Virus record (IMG/VR): IMGVR_UViG_3300016484_000735
Span: 78,418-135,176 of that record
Length of the DNA: 56,759 nt
DNA from: a virus
Reading direction: 5' to 3' (one strand)
The position numbers and the translations under genes were made by a program. This document shows, one piece after another, positions 18,950 to 27,710 of this stretch (positions are counted from its first letter, which is position 1; every line of letters begins with the position of its first letter). The notes under the pieces were generated by a model that was not told the origin of the DNA, made no database searches, and saw nothing but the letters and a program-made list of their open reading frames with translations.

Positions 18950-19010
18950 GTTACAAGTTCAGGGTCTGTTACAATTCCCTGGTGTACATACATCCAGGGC
19001 ATGATATAGT
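18950..19010 (+). promoter_or_regulatory. Paired-GTTACA promoter, copy 3 (leaderless)
   Basis: GTTACA at 18950 and 18968; GTGTAC-17-TATAGT (19005); ATG at 19017. Confidence 0.75.
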
Positions 19011-19016
19011 ACAACC

Positions 19017-20183
19017 ATGAACTCGATTCAAGCATTCAACAAGATCTGGGATGTCGTGAAGGGCACGTCGAACTGGCGTACCATGGAAGCGACCGTCGAA
19101 GGTTCCGAGTGGCACCGTGAGGCGAACGTGGCCGTGCACACCACGATGTGCATCGAGCACTACATCGCGAACACGGCTTCTCAGCGCTCGGAACGCGAGC
19201 AGATCTTGACGCTGGTCACGTTGTTGTTCCACGACTTCGGGAAGCCGGAGGCTGAGGAGCACGTCACGAAGGACGACGGGTCGGTGTACCGTCGGTACGC
19301 TGGCCACGAGCCGGTGTCGGCGAACGAGTTCATCTCGTTCGTGTGCGACCATCCGGAAGTCGTGAAGATGTTCGCGGACGTCGGTATCGGCTGGGGCGAG
19401 ATCATGAAAATCAAGTTCATGATCGAGAACCACTTGCCGTATGGCTTGAAGAACGAGCAGAAGGTCAAGAACTTCCGGGCGACGGTGATCGGTGTCTTGG
19501 GCGCTGACGAGCAGTGCTTCTACGACCAGTTGTGGTCGGACTGCAACGGGCGGATCTCGGACGACCACGAGACGAAGCGTCAGAAGGTCGTGGACTGGGT
19601 CCAGTGGTTCAAGGCGATCGAGCCGGCAGTCGTGAAGAAGTGCGTCTCCGACAAGGTGATGTACGTGTTGTGCGGTGTCGTCGGCGTCGGGAAGTCGACG
19701 TGGACGAAGCAGTTCAAGTCGTTGAACAAGGGCGCGGAGATCATCGTGATCTCCGAGGACACGTACCGTGAGGATTTGTACCGAGCGTCGATGACGGCGG
19801 TCGAGGCTGAAGCGTACAAGGCGCTCTCCCGCAAGGAGCAGTACGCCGTGGCGTGGCAGTGGTGCGCGGACTCTGGTACGGTGTACGAACAGTACGTGAA
19901 GGCTCAGTTGGCTGCCGCCGTGTCCTCGGGTGCGACGTTGGTCTTGGACCGCACGAACCAGACGCGCAAGTCCCGGTCGAAGTGGATCACTGCTGCGAAG
20001 CAGAAGGGCTACAAGGTCGTGGCGGTGCAGTTCTACTGTTCCGAGCGAGTGATGCACGAGCGTCAGAAGTCTCGCGCCGACAAGGACGTGCCGTACCGTC
20101 GTGCTCACGAGATCTTCATGAAGATGGAGACGCCGTGGTACCCGATCGAAGTCGATGACGTCGAGATCGTGCCGCCGTTCTGA
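19017..20183 (+). CDS. HD phosphoesterase-P-loop kinase fusion (HD-Pnk-like end-healing enzyme)
   Basis: WH.E..V..HT, LFHDFGKP, GHE..SA, IENH and SD..GR form the HD domain; GVVGVGKST and VLDRTN form the kinase. Confidence 0.8.
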   Translation: MNSIQAFNKIWDVVKGTSNWRTMEATVEGSEWHREANVAVHTTMCIEHYIANTASQRSEREQILTLVTLLFHDFGKPEAEEHVTKDDGSVYRRYAGHEPVSANEFISFVCDHPEVVKMFADVGIGWGEIMKIKFMIENHLPYGLKNEQKVKNFRATVIGVLGADEQCFYDQLWSDCNGRISDDHETKRQKVVDWVQWFKAIEPAVVKKCVSDKVMYVLCGVVGVGKSTWTKQFKSLNKGAEIIVISEDTYREDLYRASMTAVEAEAYKALSRKEQYAVAWQWCADSGTVYEQYVKAQLAAAVSSGATLVLDRTNQTRKSRSKWITAAKQKGYKVVAVQFYCSERVMHERQKSRADKDVPYRRAHEIFMKMETPWYPIEVDDVEIVPPF

Positions 20184-20204
20184 CTGAACGCTGCTCCAAC
20201 AAGA

Positions 20205-20228
20205 GAAAGGATCCTTCGGGATCCTTTC
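20205..20228. terminator. Terminator hairpin
   Basis: GAAAGGATCC-TTCG-GGATCCTTTC. Confidence 0.75.
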
Positions 20229-20269
20229 GGGCATTCAGGGGATCGATCTCCTCCCCACCGCTCCGACGG

Positions 20270-20301
20270 AAATACAGCATTAGGTGCTGAATAAAATCGC
20301 G
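20270..20301. repeat. 32-bp exact direct repeat, copy 1 (copy 2 at 51159-51190)
   Basis: AAATACAGCATTAGGTGCTGAATAAAATCGCG at both sites. Confidence 0.9.
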
Positions 20302-20534
20302 GCGCACTCTCAGGTTCAAGGGGTCGTATCACATTCTGATGTGCCGCTCGTCCGTCGTTCAGGATGCAGACACCGTTCGCCAAGTTACAATAACAGAACT
20401 GACTACTGAGATCCGAATGGTGTTGAACCTAAAACGGATCCCAGTGAAGTTCAGCTCGGAGACGATAAATAGAAGCGTGGAGCAATACTGCTACCACGAC
20501 TTTCCAACCAACTTTGACTTTTGGAGATTTGACT

Positions 20535-21446
20535 ATGGCAAAGCGTTCCCTCGCAGAACTGACCGAACAGTTCAAGCAGAAGACCAACGAAGGCGGTTCC
20601 GGCAATGCGACCTGGAAGCTGTTCTTCAACTTCTGGAAGGCAGACATGGACACCACGTCCGTGGTTCGCTTCCTTCCGGATGCCGACGAAGAGAACCCGA
20701 TGGGCTTCCTCGTCGAGAACCTCACCCACTCCCTGACCATCAACGGCAAGCGTGAGACCGTTCCGTGCCTGAAGATGTACGGTGAGGAATGCCCGATCTG
20801 CGCCCTGTCGCAGGACTACTACGACGAGAAGTCGCCGAACCACAACGAGACCCTGGGCAAGAAGTACTACCGCAAGAAGTCGTACATCGGCCAAGTGCTG
20901 GTGATGGAGACCCCGATCGAACACGACGCTGAACAGCTCGTGAAGCTGATCGAGTTCGGTCCGGCCGTGTTCAAGCAGATCCAAGCTGCGTTCCAGTCTG
21001 GTGACCTCGAGGAAGCTCCGTACGAACTGAAGGGTGGGTACAACTTCCGCATCAAGAAGACGAAGTCCGGCGAGTACGCCTCGTACACGACCTCGAGCTT
21101 CGCTCCGAAGCAGACCGACGTCGGCGACGACGTGATCGAGCAGCTCGAACTGTTCGACCTCAAGGAGTACCGTGCAACGAAGGTCTCGCGTGAACAGCTG
21201 GAAGCGATGCTGGTTGCTGACCAGACCGGCTCCACGTTCGGTGACTCGAAGTCCAAGGACGAAGCCCCGAAGGCCAACGGTTTGGCCCTGAACCGGAAGC
21301 CGAAGGCCGCCGCACCGACTCCGTCCGATGACGGTGATGCAGCTGAAGAAGCTGCTCCGGCACCGACTCCGGCCGCTGGCAAGAAGTCGCTGGTCGAGAC
21401 GCTCCGCGAGCGTGCTGCGGCCGCAAAGGCTGCTCAGTCCGAGTAA
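20535..21446 (+). CDS. Single-stranded DNA-binding protein (T4 gp32-like)
   Basis: VVRFLPD, PCLKMYGEECPIC, GYNFRIKK..Y..SSF and an acidic/Ala-rich tail; adjacent to uvsX. Confidence 0.85.
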   Translation: MAKRSLAELTEQFKQKTNEGGSGNATWKLFFNFWKADMDTTSVVRFLPDADEENPMGFLVENLTHSLTINGKRETVPCLKMYGEECPICALSQDYYDEKSPNHNETLGKKYYRKKSYIGQVLVMETPIEHDAEQLVKLIEFGPAVFKQIQAAFQSGDLEEAPYELKGGYNFRIKKTKSGEYASYTTSSFAPKQTDVGDDVIEQLELFDLKEYRATKVSREQLEAMLVADQTGSTFGDSKSKDEAPKANGLALNRKPKAAAPTPSDDGDAAEEAAPAPTPAAGKKSLVETLRERAAAAKAAQSE

Positions 21447-21461
21447 GTTCGTTCCAATGTG

Positions 21462-21498
21462 ATCAGGTGCTGATGGTCGATGACCATCGGTATCTGAT
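21462..21498 (+). other. 17-bp RNA hairpin between gp32 and uvsX
   Basis: ATCAGGTGCTGATGGTC / GACCATCGGTATCTGAT; all three mismatches are G-U on the + strand. Confidence 0.6.
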
Positions 21499-21518
21499 GC
21501 TGTCTGAAAGGAGACACT

Positions 21519-22640
21519 ATGGCAGGACTCCCATTCCTGGCAAAGTTCAAGAAGGAAGTTGCGAAGCTTGACACCGTCGGCGTCGGCATCAAGACCGTCG
21601 AGACCTGGCTGAGCACCGGGAACTACGCGCTGAATCGTGCACTCTCTGGCGACTACATGCGCGGCATCCCGCTGCGGAAGCTGTCCGGCTTCATGGGTCC
21701 TTCGGGCTCAGGTAAGTCGTTCATCGCCGGTAACCTCGTGAAGCAGGCGCAAAAGGACGGATACCACGTTCTGTACCTGGACTCCGAACACGCTGTTGAC
21801 GTCGAGTACCTCGAGAAGATCGGCGTGAACGTCGACGAAGAAGCCCTGACGTACCTCTCGGTCGCCACGATCGAAGACGTGAACGGCATCCTCTCCGAGT
21901 TCTTCGTGAACTACAAGAAGACGTACGGCAAGGACAACGAGACCGCACCGAAGACGCTGATCGTTCTGGACTCCCTGGCGATGCTCTCGAGCTCGACCGA
22001 AATGGAGAACTACGACAAGGGCGTTGTGAAGGGTGACCAAGGTCAGCTCGCGAAGCGCCGGAAGGCGATGCTGCGTCTGGCTTGCGGGAACATCGGGAAC
22101 CTCCCGATCGCGATGGTGATGACTGACCACGTGTACCCGCAGGACGTGATGCTCGGCGACGGCCCTTGGGCTATCACGAACTCAGTGAAGTACTCGCTGT
22201 CGATCATCGGCATCGTCACGAAGCTGAAGCTGAAGGACGAAGGCGAAGTCACCGGTGTTCGGATGCGCTTCGAGACGTACAAGTCCCGATTCGCGAAGCT
22301 CGGTACGAAGGTCGAACTCGAAGTTCCGTACAACAAGGGAATGAGCCCGTTCAGTGGTCTGATCGAACTGCTTGAAGCCGATGGTGTGATCGCCAAGGGT
22401 ACCGAAGCAGGCGAGAAGCTTCTGTGGGTCACCGAAGTGAACGGCGAGAAGATCAAGTTCAAGGAGAAGGACCTCACGGTCGAGATCGCTGAGAAGATCC
22501 TCACCGGACACCCGCTGTGCCAGCCGTTGAAGGCTCGTGCGGCTCCGGAAGTCACGGAAGAAGACATCGAGAACATCGTCGACGCTGACGAAGAACCAAC
22601 CCCAGTCCCGGCCAAGCGCGGTCGGAAACCAAAGGCCTAA
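21519..22640 (+). CDS. uvsX: RecA-like recombinase UvsX
   Basis: STGNYALN, GPSGSGKS Walker A, YLDSEHA, IVLDSLAML. Confidence 0.9.
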   Translation: MAGLPFLAKFKKEVAKLDTVGVGIKTVETWLSTGNYALNRALSGDYMRGIPLRKLSGFMGPSGSGKSFIAGNLVKQAQKDGYHVLYLDSEHAVDVEYLEKIGVNVDEEALTYLSVATIEDVNGILSEFFVNYKKTYGKDNETAPKTLIVLDSLAMLSSSTEMENYDKGVVKGDQGQLAKRRKAMLRLACGNIGNLPIAMVMTDHVYPQDVMLGDGPWAITNSVKYSLSIIGIVTKLKLKDEGEVTGVRMRFETYKSRFAKLGTKVELEVPYNKGMSPFSGLIELLEADGVIAKGTEAGEKLLWVTEVNGEKIKFKEKDLTVEIAEKILTGHPLCQPLKARAAPEVTEEDIENIVDADEEPTPVPAKRGRKPKA

Positions 22641-22662
22641 CGGCCATCCATAGGAGAATCAC

Positions 22663-22851
22663 ATGTCGCAAGAAACCGCAATCGTCATCAGCCTGGTCCA
22701 CGGTGGCTACGTTCTGAACACCCCGTCGGAAGACGCTGATGGTCGCACCGAGGTGTTCACCTCGACCGCGAAGCTGCTGAAGGCTGTTCGCACCGCCGTC
22801 GAAGAGAACACTCTGGTCGTGAAGACCAAGGGTGACGCTGACGCCGAGTAA
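22663..22851 (+). CDS. Hypothetical protein
   Basis: AGGAGA RBS; good codon usage. Confidence 0.7.
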   Translation: MSQETAIVISLVHGGYVLNTPSEDADGRTEVFTSTAKLLKAVRTAVEENTLVVKTKGDADAE

Positions 22852-22870
22852 GCCACTGAGCTGAACTGAG

Positions 22871-22893
22871 AACGGGGACTTCGGTCCCCGTTT
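22871..22893 (+). terminator. Terminator hairpin
   Basis: AACGGGGAC-TTCG-GTCCCCGTT followed by T. Confidence 0.75.
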
Positions 22894-22899
22894 GCGTCT

Positions 22900-23145
22900 A
22901 TGGAAATCACACCCGCCGCGCTGAGAGTCATCGAACGGATCTCTCAGGATTCGCCGTTCAAGGTATCGGTTCATGGTTCGATGATCCTTGGGTATCATCT
23001 CGACCTGATTGCGAATTCGGAACCGCTGCCGAACGATGTTACAATCTGTACTGATCCGTGGGTAATCGCTGATCTACCAGCGATCACGTACCTGATGAAC
23101 CGAACACTTGACTGCACGAACGATGAGTTCGTGATCAACCTATGA
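22900..23145 (+). CDS. IscA/HesB-like protein lacking the Fe-S cysteines
   Basis: ITPAA..FKVSVHG..GY.L..EP.PND..VIAD..YL...LD matches the IscA fold pattern; no GGCSG or CGCG. Confidence 0.5.
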   Translation: MEITPAALRVIERISQDSPFKVSVHGSMILGYHLDLIANSEPLPNDVTICTDPWVIADLPAITYLMNRTLDCTNDEFVINL

Positions 23146-23603
23146 TCTCACTCTTCGCCATCGACGAACAGAACCTCGAAACCGAACTGCCGAGCTTGTT
23201 CGAGATGATGGAGGCTGAGATCGCGAAGGCCGAACCACTATTCGAAATCGACGGCGAACGTCTCGAGAAGCTCGCCCGCGACCTGCCGAAGCACCAAGCC
23301 CACTACTCTGGTCTCCGTCAAGACATGAAGCACTTGATGCGCTGGCTCGAGAACTGGAAGTCCAAGGAAGAAGCGATCCTCCTGAAGAACTACCAGAAGG
23401 GTCAGCGTGCCCTCACCGCCAGCGACACGAAGACGCTGATCAACGGTGAGAAGAGCATCATCGAAGCGAACCAGATGATCATCGTGGCAAGCCAGCTGTA
23501 CATGAAGCTCGATGACATCGTCGAGTGCTTCAAGCAAATGGGCTGGATGATCGGGAACATCACGAAGCTCCGAGTGGCAGAACTCGGAGACATCATTGTC
23601 TAA
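23142..23603 (+). CDS. uvsY: Recombination mediator UvsY-like
   Basis: Helical 153-aa protein with RALT..D...ING..I and KQMGWMIGNITKLR; located between uvsX and uvsW. Confidence 0.75.
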   Translation: MISLFAIDEQNLETELPSLFEMMEAEIAKAEPLFEIDGERLEKLARDLPKHQAHYSGLRQDMKHLMRWLENWKSKEEAILLKNYQKGQRALTASDTKTLINGEKSIIEANQMIIVASQLYMKLDDIVECFKQMGWMIGNITKLRVAELGDIIV

Positions 23604-24348
23604 GGGAACCATGAACATCCTGCGCTACATTCAAGAACAGATCGGGTCGTACTGTGATGAACTGTACTTCGAGCCGATGGACCATCTGCTGGTAGAACGT
23701 CTGAAGTCGTACATCGGCGGTGAGCTTCGCCAGCTGATGGAGAATGGCCAGATCTACGACTACAGCGTGAAAAACCCGCAGTTCGTCGTTGACGAGAAAA
23801 CCGATCGCATGATGGTTCAGGTCGATGTGGCGTTCCAAGAACACGCCGGCAGTCCGTTCGTGTACACGCACGTTCAGCTGAGTAACGCGAACCCACCGAT
23901 CTCGGCTGCCACTGCACCAGTGAACACTGGTACGAACGGAAACGTCCCGACGAACCGTGGATACAACGCGAACGGTCAAGGCACGATCAGTGCTGGCATG
24001 ATCAGTGCTGGCACGATCACCGCACCGACGGCGAACGTCACGTACAACGCATCCACGGGGATGTTCCACGTGAACACGATGTCACTGAATGCTGTGAACG
24101 TTGGCGTCACCTCGACTCCGACACAAGCTCAAACGGCTGACCTCCCGCCGATCTCGTGGTCATGCTTCGACGAACACCATCGCGTGATCCGCATGGTCCT
24201 GGAACCAGAAGGCTCGATCAGCGCGCACGATGCATTCCGTCTCACGATGATGATGAACGCATCCGCTGCGGCACCGTACTCGTTCAACCCGTACCTGTAC
24301 GTGAAGAAGCACTCGCTGGAACGTCACTTCAAGTTCAGCCAAGTATGA
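23596..24348 (+). CDS. Protein with an N-terminal tail-sheath C-terminal-like domain
   Basis: YIQEQI...LYFEPMD......LKSYI...LRQL...GQIYDYSV resembles the sheath C-terminal FEPND...IYDF.V segment. Confidence 0.5.
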   Translation: MSKGTMNILRYIQEQIGSYCDELYFEPMDHLLVERLKSYIGGELRQLMENGQIYDYSVKNPQFVVDEKTDRMMVQVDVAFQEHAGSPFVYTHVQLSNANPPISAATAPVNTGTNGNVPTNRGYNANGQGTISAGMISAGTITAPTANVTYNASTGMFHVNTMSLNAVNVGVTSTPTQAQTADLPPISWSCFDEHHRVIRMVLEPEGSISAHDAFRLTMMMNASAAAPYSFNPYLYVKKHSLERHFKFSQV

Positions 24349-25760
24349 GCAAGAAGGCTTACATCCACGTTCACGACGAGGTGTACTGCACGGTTGCAGG
24401 CCTTGCTCCAGAACACCAAGAGTTCCTGGAGAACAAGTTCGCGATCATGGTCGACGGCGCGTTCTTCATGCCGGCGTACAAGCTCGGCCGTTGGGACGGC
24501 AAGATCAGGTTCTTCGAGAAGACCGGTAAGGTGTTCTGGCGTCTGCTGGACGAGATCACCCCGTACATCGAGGGCTGGGGTTACGACCTCGAGATCGAAG
24601 ACCACCGGACCGAGACGTCGCTCGTCCAAGCCCGCATCGATGCCGAGTGGTTCCGTCGTGTCCCAGGCGTCGAACTCAAGGTGAACCTTCGTCCGTATCA
24701 GGTCGACTCGGTGAACGCCGCGCTGGCCGCCGGTTCAGGGTTCGTAGTTGCTGCGACCGGTTCCGGCAAGACCTGGATGGTCGCAGGTCTGTGCTCAGTT
24801 CTGAACTCCGAGCAGAAGCGCTGCATCGTGATCGTCCCGTCGTCCGACCTCGTTGAGCAGACTGCAGCAACGTTCCGGCTCGGGATGCTGGACTGCGGGA
24901 TCTACAGCGGGTCGAAGAAGGACATCCATCACCTCACTGTTGTCGCGACCTGGCAGGCTCTGCAGAACAACCCACGCATCGTTGAAGACTTCGATGCAGT
25001 GATCATCGATGAAGCGCACGGTGCCACGGCGAAGACGATCGGTGAGCTGATGAACGTCCACGGTCGGAACCTCGCGTACCGATTCGGCTTCACTGGTACG
25101 ATGCCGAAGGCGAAGATCGATCAGATGACCCTGCGTGGTTCGATCGGTGAAGTACTGTTCAGCATCACTGCTGCCGAACTGATGGAGATGGGGTACCTCG
25201 CGAAGCTCGAGATCGAACCGCTCCAGATCATCGACGAAGCGATCGAGGAAGAGTTCCCAGACTACTCCAGCGAGAAGACGTTCCTGTCGAAGTCGCCGAA
25301 GCGTCTGGACCTGCTCGCTGATCTGATCATCGCGAAGGCTGGCACGTACGGGAACACGCTGGTGCTCGTGAACAGCATCAAGCAGGGTAAGCAGCTTCAG
25401 AAGCTCATCAAGGACTCGGTGTTCCTGCACGGTGCTGACGACAACGACGTCCGCGCTGAGTGGTACTCGATGTTCGAGAAGCGCGATGATCTGATCGTGA
25501 TCGCTACCAGCGGTATCGCTTCAACGGGAATTTCTATCGATAGGGTTTTCGCGCTCGTTCTCATTGATGCTGGCAAGAGCTTCGTGAAATGCATCCAGTC
25601 GATTGGTCGCGGTCTCCGCAAGGGTCACGACAAGGACTTCGTGCACTGCGTCGACATCCACTCGAATCTGAAGTGGTCGATGAAGCACTTCCGCGAGCGG
25701 AACAAGTATTACAAGGAAGCGCGGTACGCCGTGACGAAGGTCGTGAAGGTCAAGATCTGA
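24345..25760 (+). CDS. uvsW: SF2 DNA helicase UvsW
   Basis: WDGKIRFF, LRPYQ, ATGSGKT, IDEAH, FGFTGT, QSIGRGLR. Confidence 0.9.
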   Translation: MSKKAYIHVHDEVYCTVAGLAPEHQEFLENKFAIMVDGAFFMPAYKLGRWDGKIRFFEKTGKVFWRLLDEITPYIEGWGYDLEIEDHRTETSLVQARIDAEWFRRVPGVELKVNLRPYQVDSVNAALAAGSGFVVAATGSGKTWMVAGLCSVLNSEQKRCIVIVPSSDLVEQTAATFRLGMLDCGIYSGSKKDIHHLTVVATWQALQNNPRIVEDFDAVIIDEAHGATAKTIGELMNVHGRNLAYRFGFTGTMPKAKIDQMTLRGSIGEVLFSITAAELMEMGYLAKLEIEPLQIIDEAIEEEFPDYSSEKTFLSKSPKRLDLLADLIIAKAGTYGNTLVLVNSIKQGKQLQKLIKDSVFLHGADDNDVRAEWYSMFEKRDDLIVIATSGIASTGISIDRVFALVLIDAGKSFVKCIQSIGRGLRKGHDKDFVHCVDIHSNLKWSMKHFRERNKYYKEARYAVTKVVKVKI

Positions 25761-26179
25761 TGCAGAAGCCTCTAATCGTACACATCATGGATGCCGACAA
25801 GCCGAACGCGAACAACCGAGTGTACCCTCGTAAGGAGCTCGAACGAGCGATCCTCGAGGTGAATCAAGACTCGGCGAAGCAGCGTCGAGTGTTCGGTCAA
25901 GTCGGGATGCCACAACGTGGTCTAGAGCTCGAGAAGCTCGCGTTCATCACTGGCGAACTTCAGCTCGACGAGAATGGTGCTCTGACCGGCACCGTCGCTT
26001 GGCTTGACACACCGGCCGGCAAGGAGGCAAAAGCGATGTACGAAGAAGCCGATGCTGCCGGAAATCAGCCGTGGTCATTCCGAACGGCGGGTGCAGGCAA
26101 GACACGAGTAGTGAACGGCGTCACCGAGATCTACGACTTCAAGATCTCATCTATCAACATGGTCCTGAACGGAGCCTAA
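25760..26179 (+). CDS. Degenerate T4 gp21-like prohead protease paralog
   Basis: N.NNRVYP..ELERA and LDTPAGK retained; GELxHP->GQVGMP and SSRGxG->RTAGAG. Confidence 0.65.
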   Translation: MQKPLIVHIMDADKPNANNRVYPRKELERAILEVNQDSAKQRRVFGQVGMPQRGLELEKLAFITGELQLDENGALTGTVAWLDTPAGKEAKAMYEEADAAGNQPWSFRTAGAGKTRVVNGVTEIYDFKISSINMVLNGA

Positions 26180-26183
26180 GAAC

Positions 26184-26693
26184 ATGCAAATCCTCTCCGA
26201 AGTGAATCGTCCGTACATGATCGATTCGTTCACAGCGCCCATGGGCGTCAGCCACTTCTGGACGCTCAGCGGTCACGCTCTGGACTTCAAGCTCGAGCCT
26301 GCCACGTACCTCGAAGAGATCGTCGGTCAGACGATTCGAATTCGAGTGCAGAACCTCGACATCGACCTGCCGGCTTCGTGGAACATCCTGATCGTCGACA
26401 AGGAGACCTCGACGATCGACATGGTGCCGATCGCTCACTGCGCTTCGTTCGATCAAGACGTGTTCCTTTTCTCGCCTGAAGACGGGAAGCTCAAGACCGG
26501 CAAGGCGAAGGTGATCGAGTACAAGAAGAAGGCGCCGTGTATCGCGCCTGAGATCCCGAAGGGTTCGGCGATGGTTCACCCAACCGGCCCGGAGTTGATC
26601 CACGGCCGCAGTGTGTTCTACGGGATCGTTGTAGGCCCGCATGACCTGTATCGTTGGATCGGCGGAAAGGCAGTTGGAGACATTCTGACATGA
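26184..26693 (+). CDS. Hypothetical protein
   Basis: Beta-rich ORF with good codon usage in the uvsW operon. Confidence 0.7.
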   Translation: MQILSEVNRPYMIDSFTAPMGVSHFWTLSGHALDFKLEPATYLEEIVGQTIRIRVQNLDIDLPASWNILIVDKETSTIDMVPIAHCASFDQDVFLFSPEDGKLKTGKAKVIEYKKKAPCIAPEIPKGSAMVHPTGPELIHGRSVFYGIVVGPHDLYRWIGGKAVGDILT

Positions 26694-26953
26694 GTCAGAT
26701 CACTATCACTGGGGCCGGTGGCCTCATCAGCCGTGAGGTCGTTCTGATCATGGGGCTGCTGAAGTCCATCGGGTACAACGTCAGCGTCGAGGATGAGTAC
26801 ACGTTCAACGACGAGCCGTTCTCAGAAGAGCGGTACCAAGAACTGTTGAAGAGTACGTCGGAATGGAACGAGAACCCGCCAAAATTCGATACATTCCAGT
26901 GCGGAAAGATGGCTGTTCACATCAAGGCCGTTCACATTCCGTGGGGTGGCTGA
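26690..26953 (+). CDS. Hypothetical protein
   Basis: ATGA overlap. Confidence 0.6.
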   Translation: MSQITITGAGGLISREVVLIMGLLKSIGYNVSVEDEYTFNDEPFSEERYQELLKSTSEWNENPPKFDTFQCGKMAVHIKAVHIPWGG

Positions 26954-27006
26954 GGTATCAAAAGCCCAGGCATAAATAGGTACTCAGACAAGCTCGGGAG
27001 TACCCA

Positions 27007-27597
27007 ATGACTGCGTTCACCAAGGCCTTTGATGCCGCCGTTGACCATGCGATGCTGTATGAAGTCGGTGGCTTCTGGAAGCTCACGCCAGAAGTCATCG
27101 CCGGCCTTTGCGACACGCCAGCCCGTAAGAAGGCTACTGGGTACGTGAATGACCCGGACGATCCGGGTGGCGAAACGAAGTTCGGCGTCGCGAAGAACGC
27201 GAACACTGATCTGAACATCAAGACTCTGACCTGGGATGGCGCGAAGACTGTGTACTTCAATCGGTACTGGATCGCTGGATCCTGCGACAAGCTTCCGCCG
27301 CGTCTGGCTGTTCTGCACTTCGATGGCTGTGTGAACCACGGCGTGAAGAAGGCGAACATGTTCCTGCAGCAAGCCGCCGGCGTCGTCGCTGACGGCGACA
27401 TCGGTCCAGTGACCCTCTCGAAGATCGTCGGTTCGTCCGAGATCGGCCTGTGCAACAAGGTCTGCGACCTTCGTGCAAAGTTCTACAACGACATCGTGAA
27501 GAACAAGCCAACCTCGGCGAAGTACCTTGCCGGTTGGCTCCGTCGCATCACCGAGATGCGTGTATTCGTCACGGACTCGAAGCAAACCTTCCAATAA
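27007..27597 (+). CDS. Endolysin, glycoside hydrolase family 108 with peptidoglycan-binding domain
   Basis: GYVNDPDDPGGETKFGV, FD..VNHG, DG.IGP.T, GWLRR; late promoter at 26973. Confidence 0.9.
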   Translation: MTAFTKAFDAAVDHAMLYEVGGFWKLTPEVIAGLCDTPARKKATGYVNDPDDPGGETKFGVAKNANTDLNIKTLTWDGAKTVYFNRYWIAGSCDKLPPRLAVLHFDGCVNHGVKKANMFLQQAAGVVADGDIGPVTLSKIVGSSEIGLCNKVCDLRAKFYNDIVKNKPTSAKYLAGWLRRITEMRVFVTDSKQTFQ

Positions 27598-27710
27598 CCT
27601 GAACCTGAGAAATCCTGTTGCGCAGAGGTTCTCAGGGGCCTGTGCGGAGCGATGAAGCCACAACCGAGATCTCGGTTCGTAACCAATCAACGTCGAAGTA
27701 CAATACCAGA

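Noticed and set aside
20229-20460. tRNA gene, or the 20339-20755 ORF
   Set aside because: No convincing cloverleaf despite a GGTTCAAG; the ORF overlaps gp32 out of frame and lacks an RBS.
26184-26693. Possible Hint-like fold
   Set aside because: Only a vague beta-strand pattern and no splicing residues; cannot be supported without a profile search.
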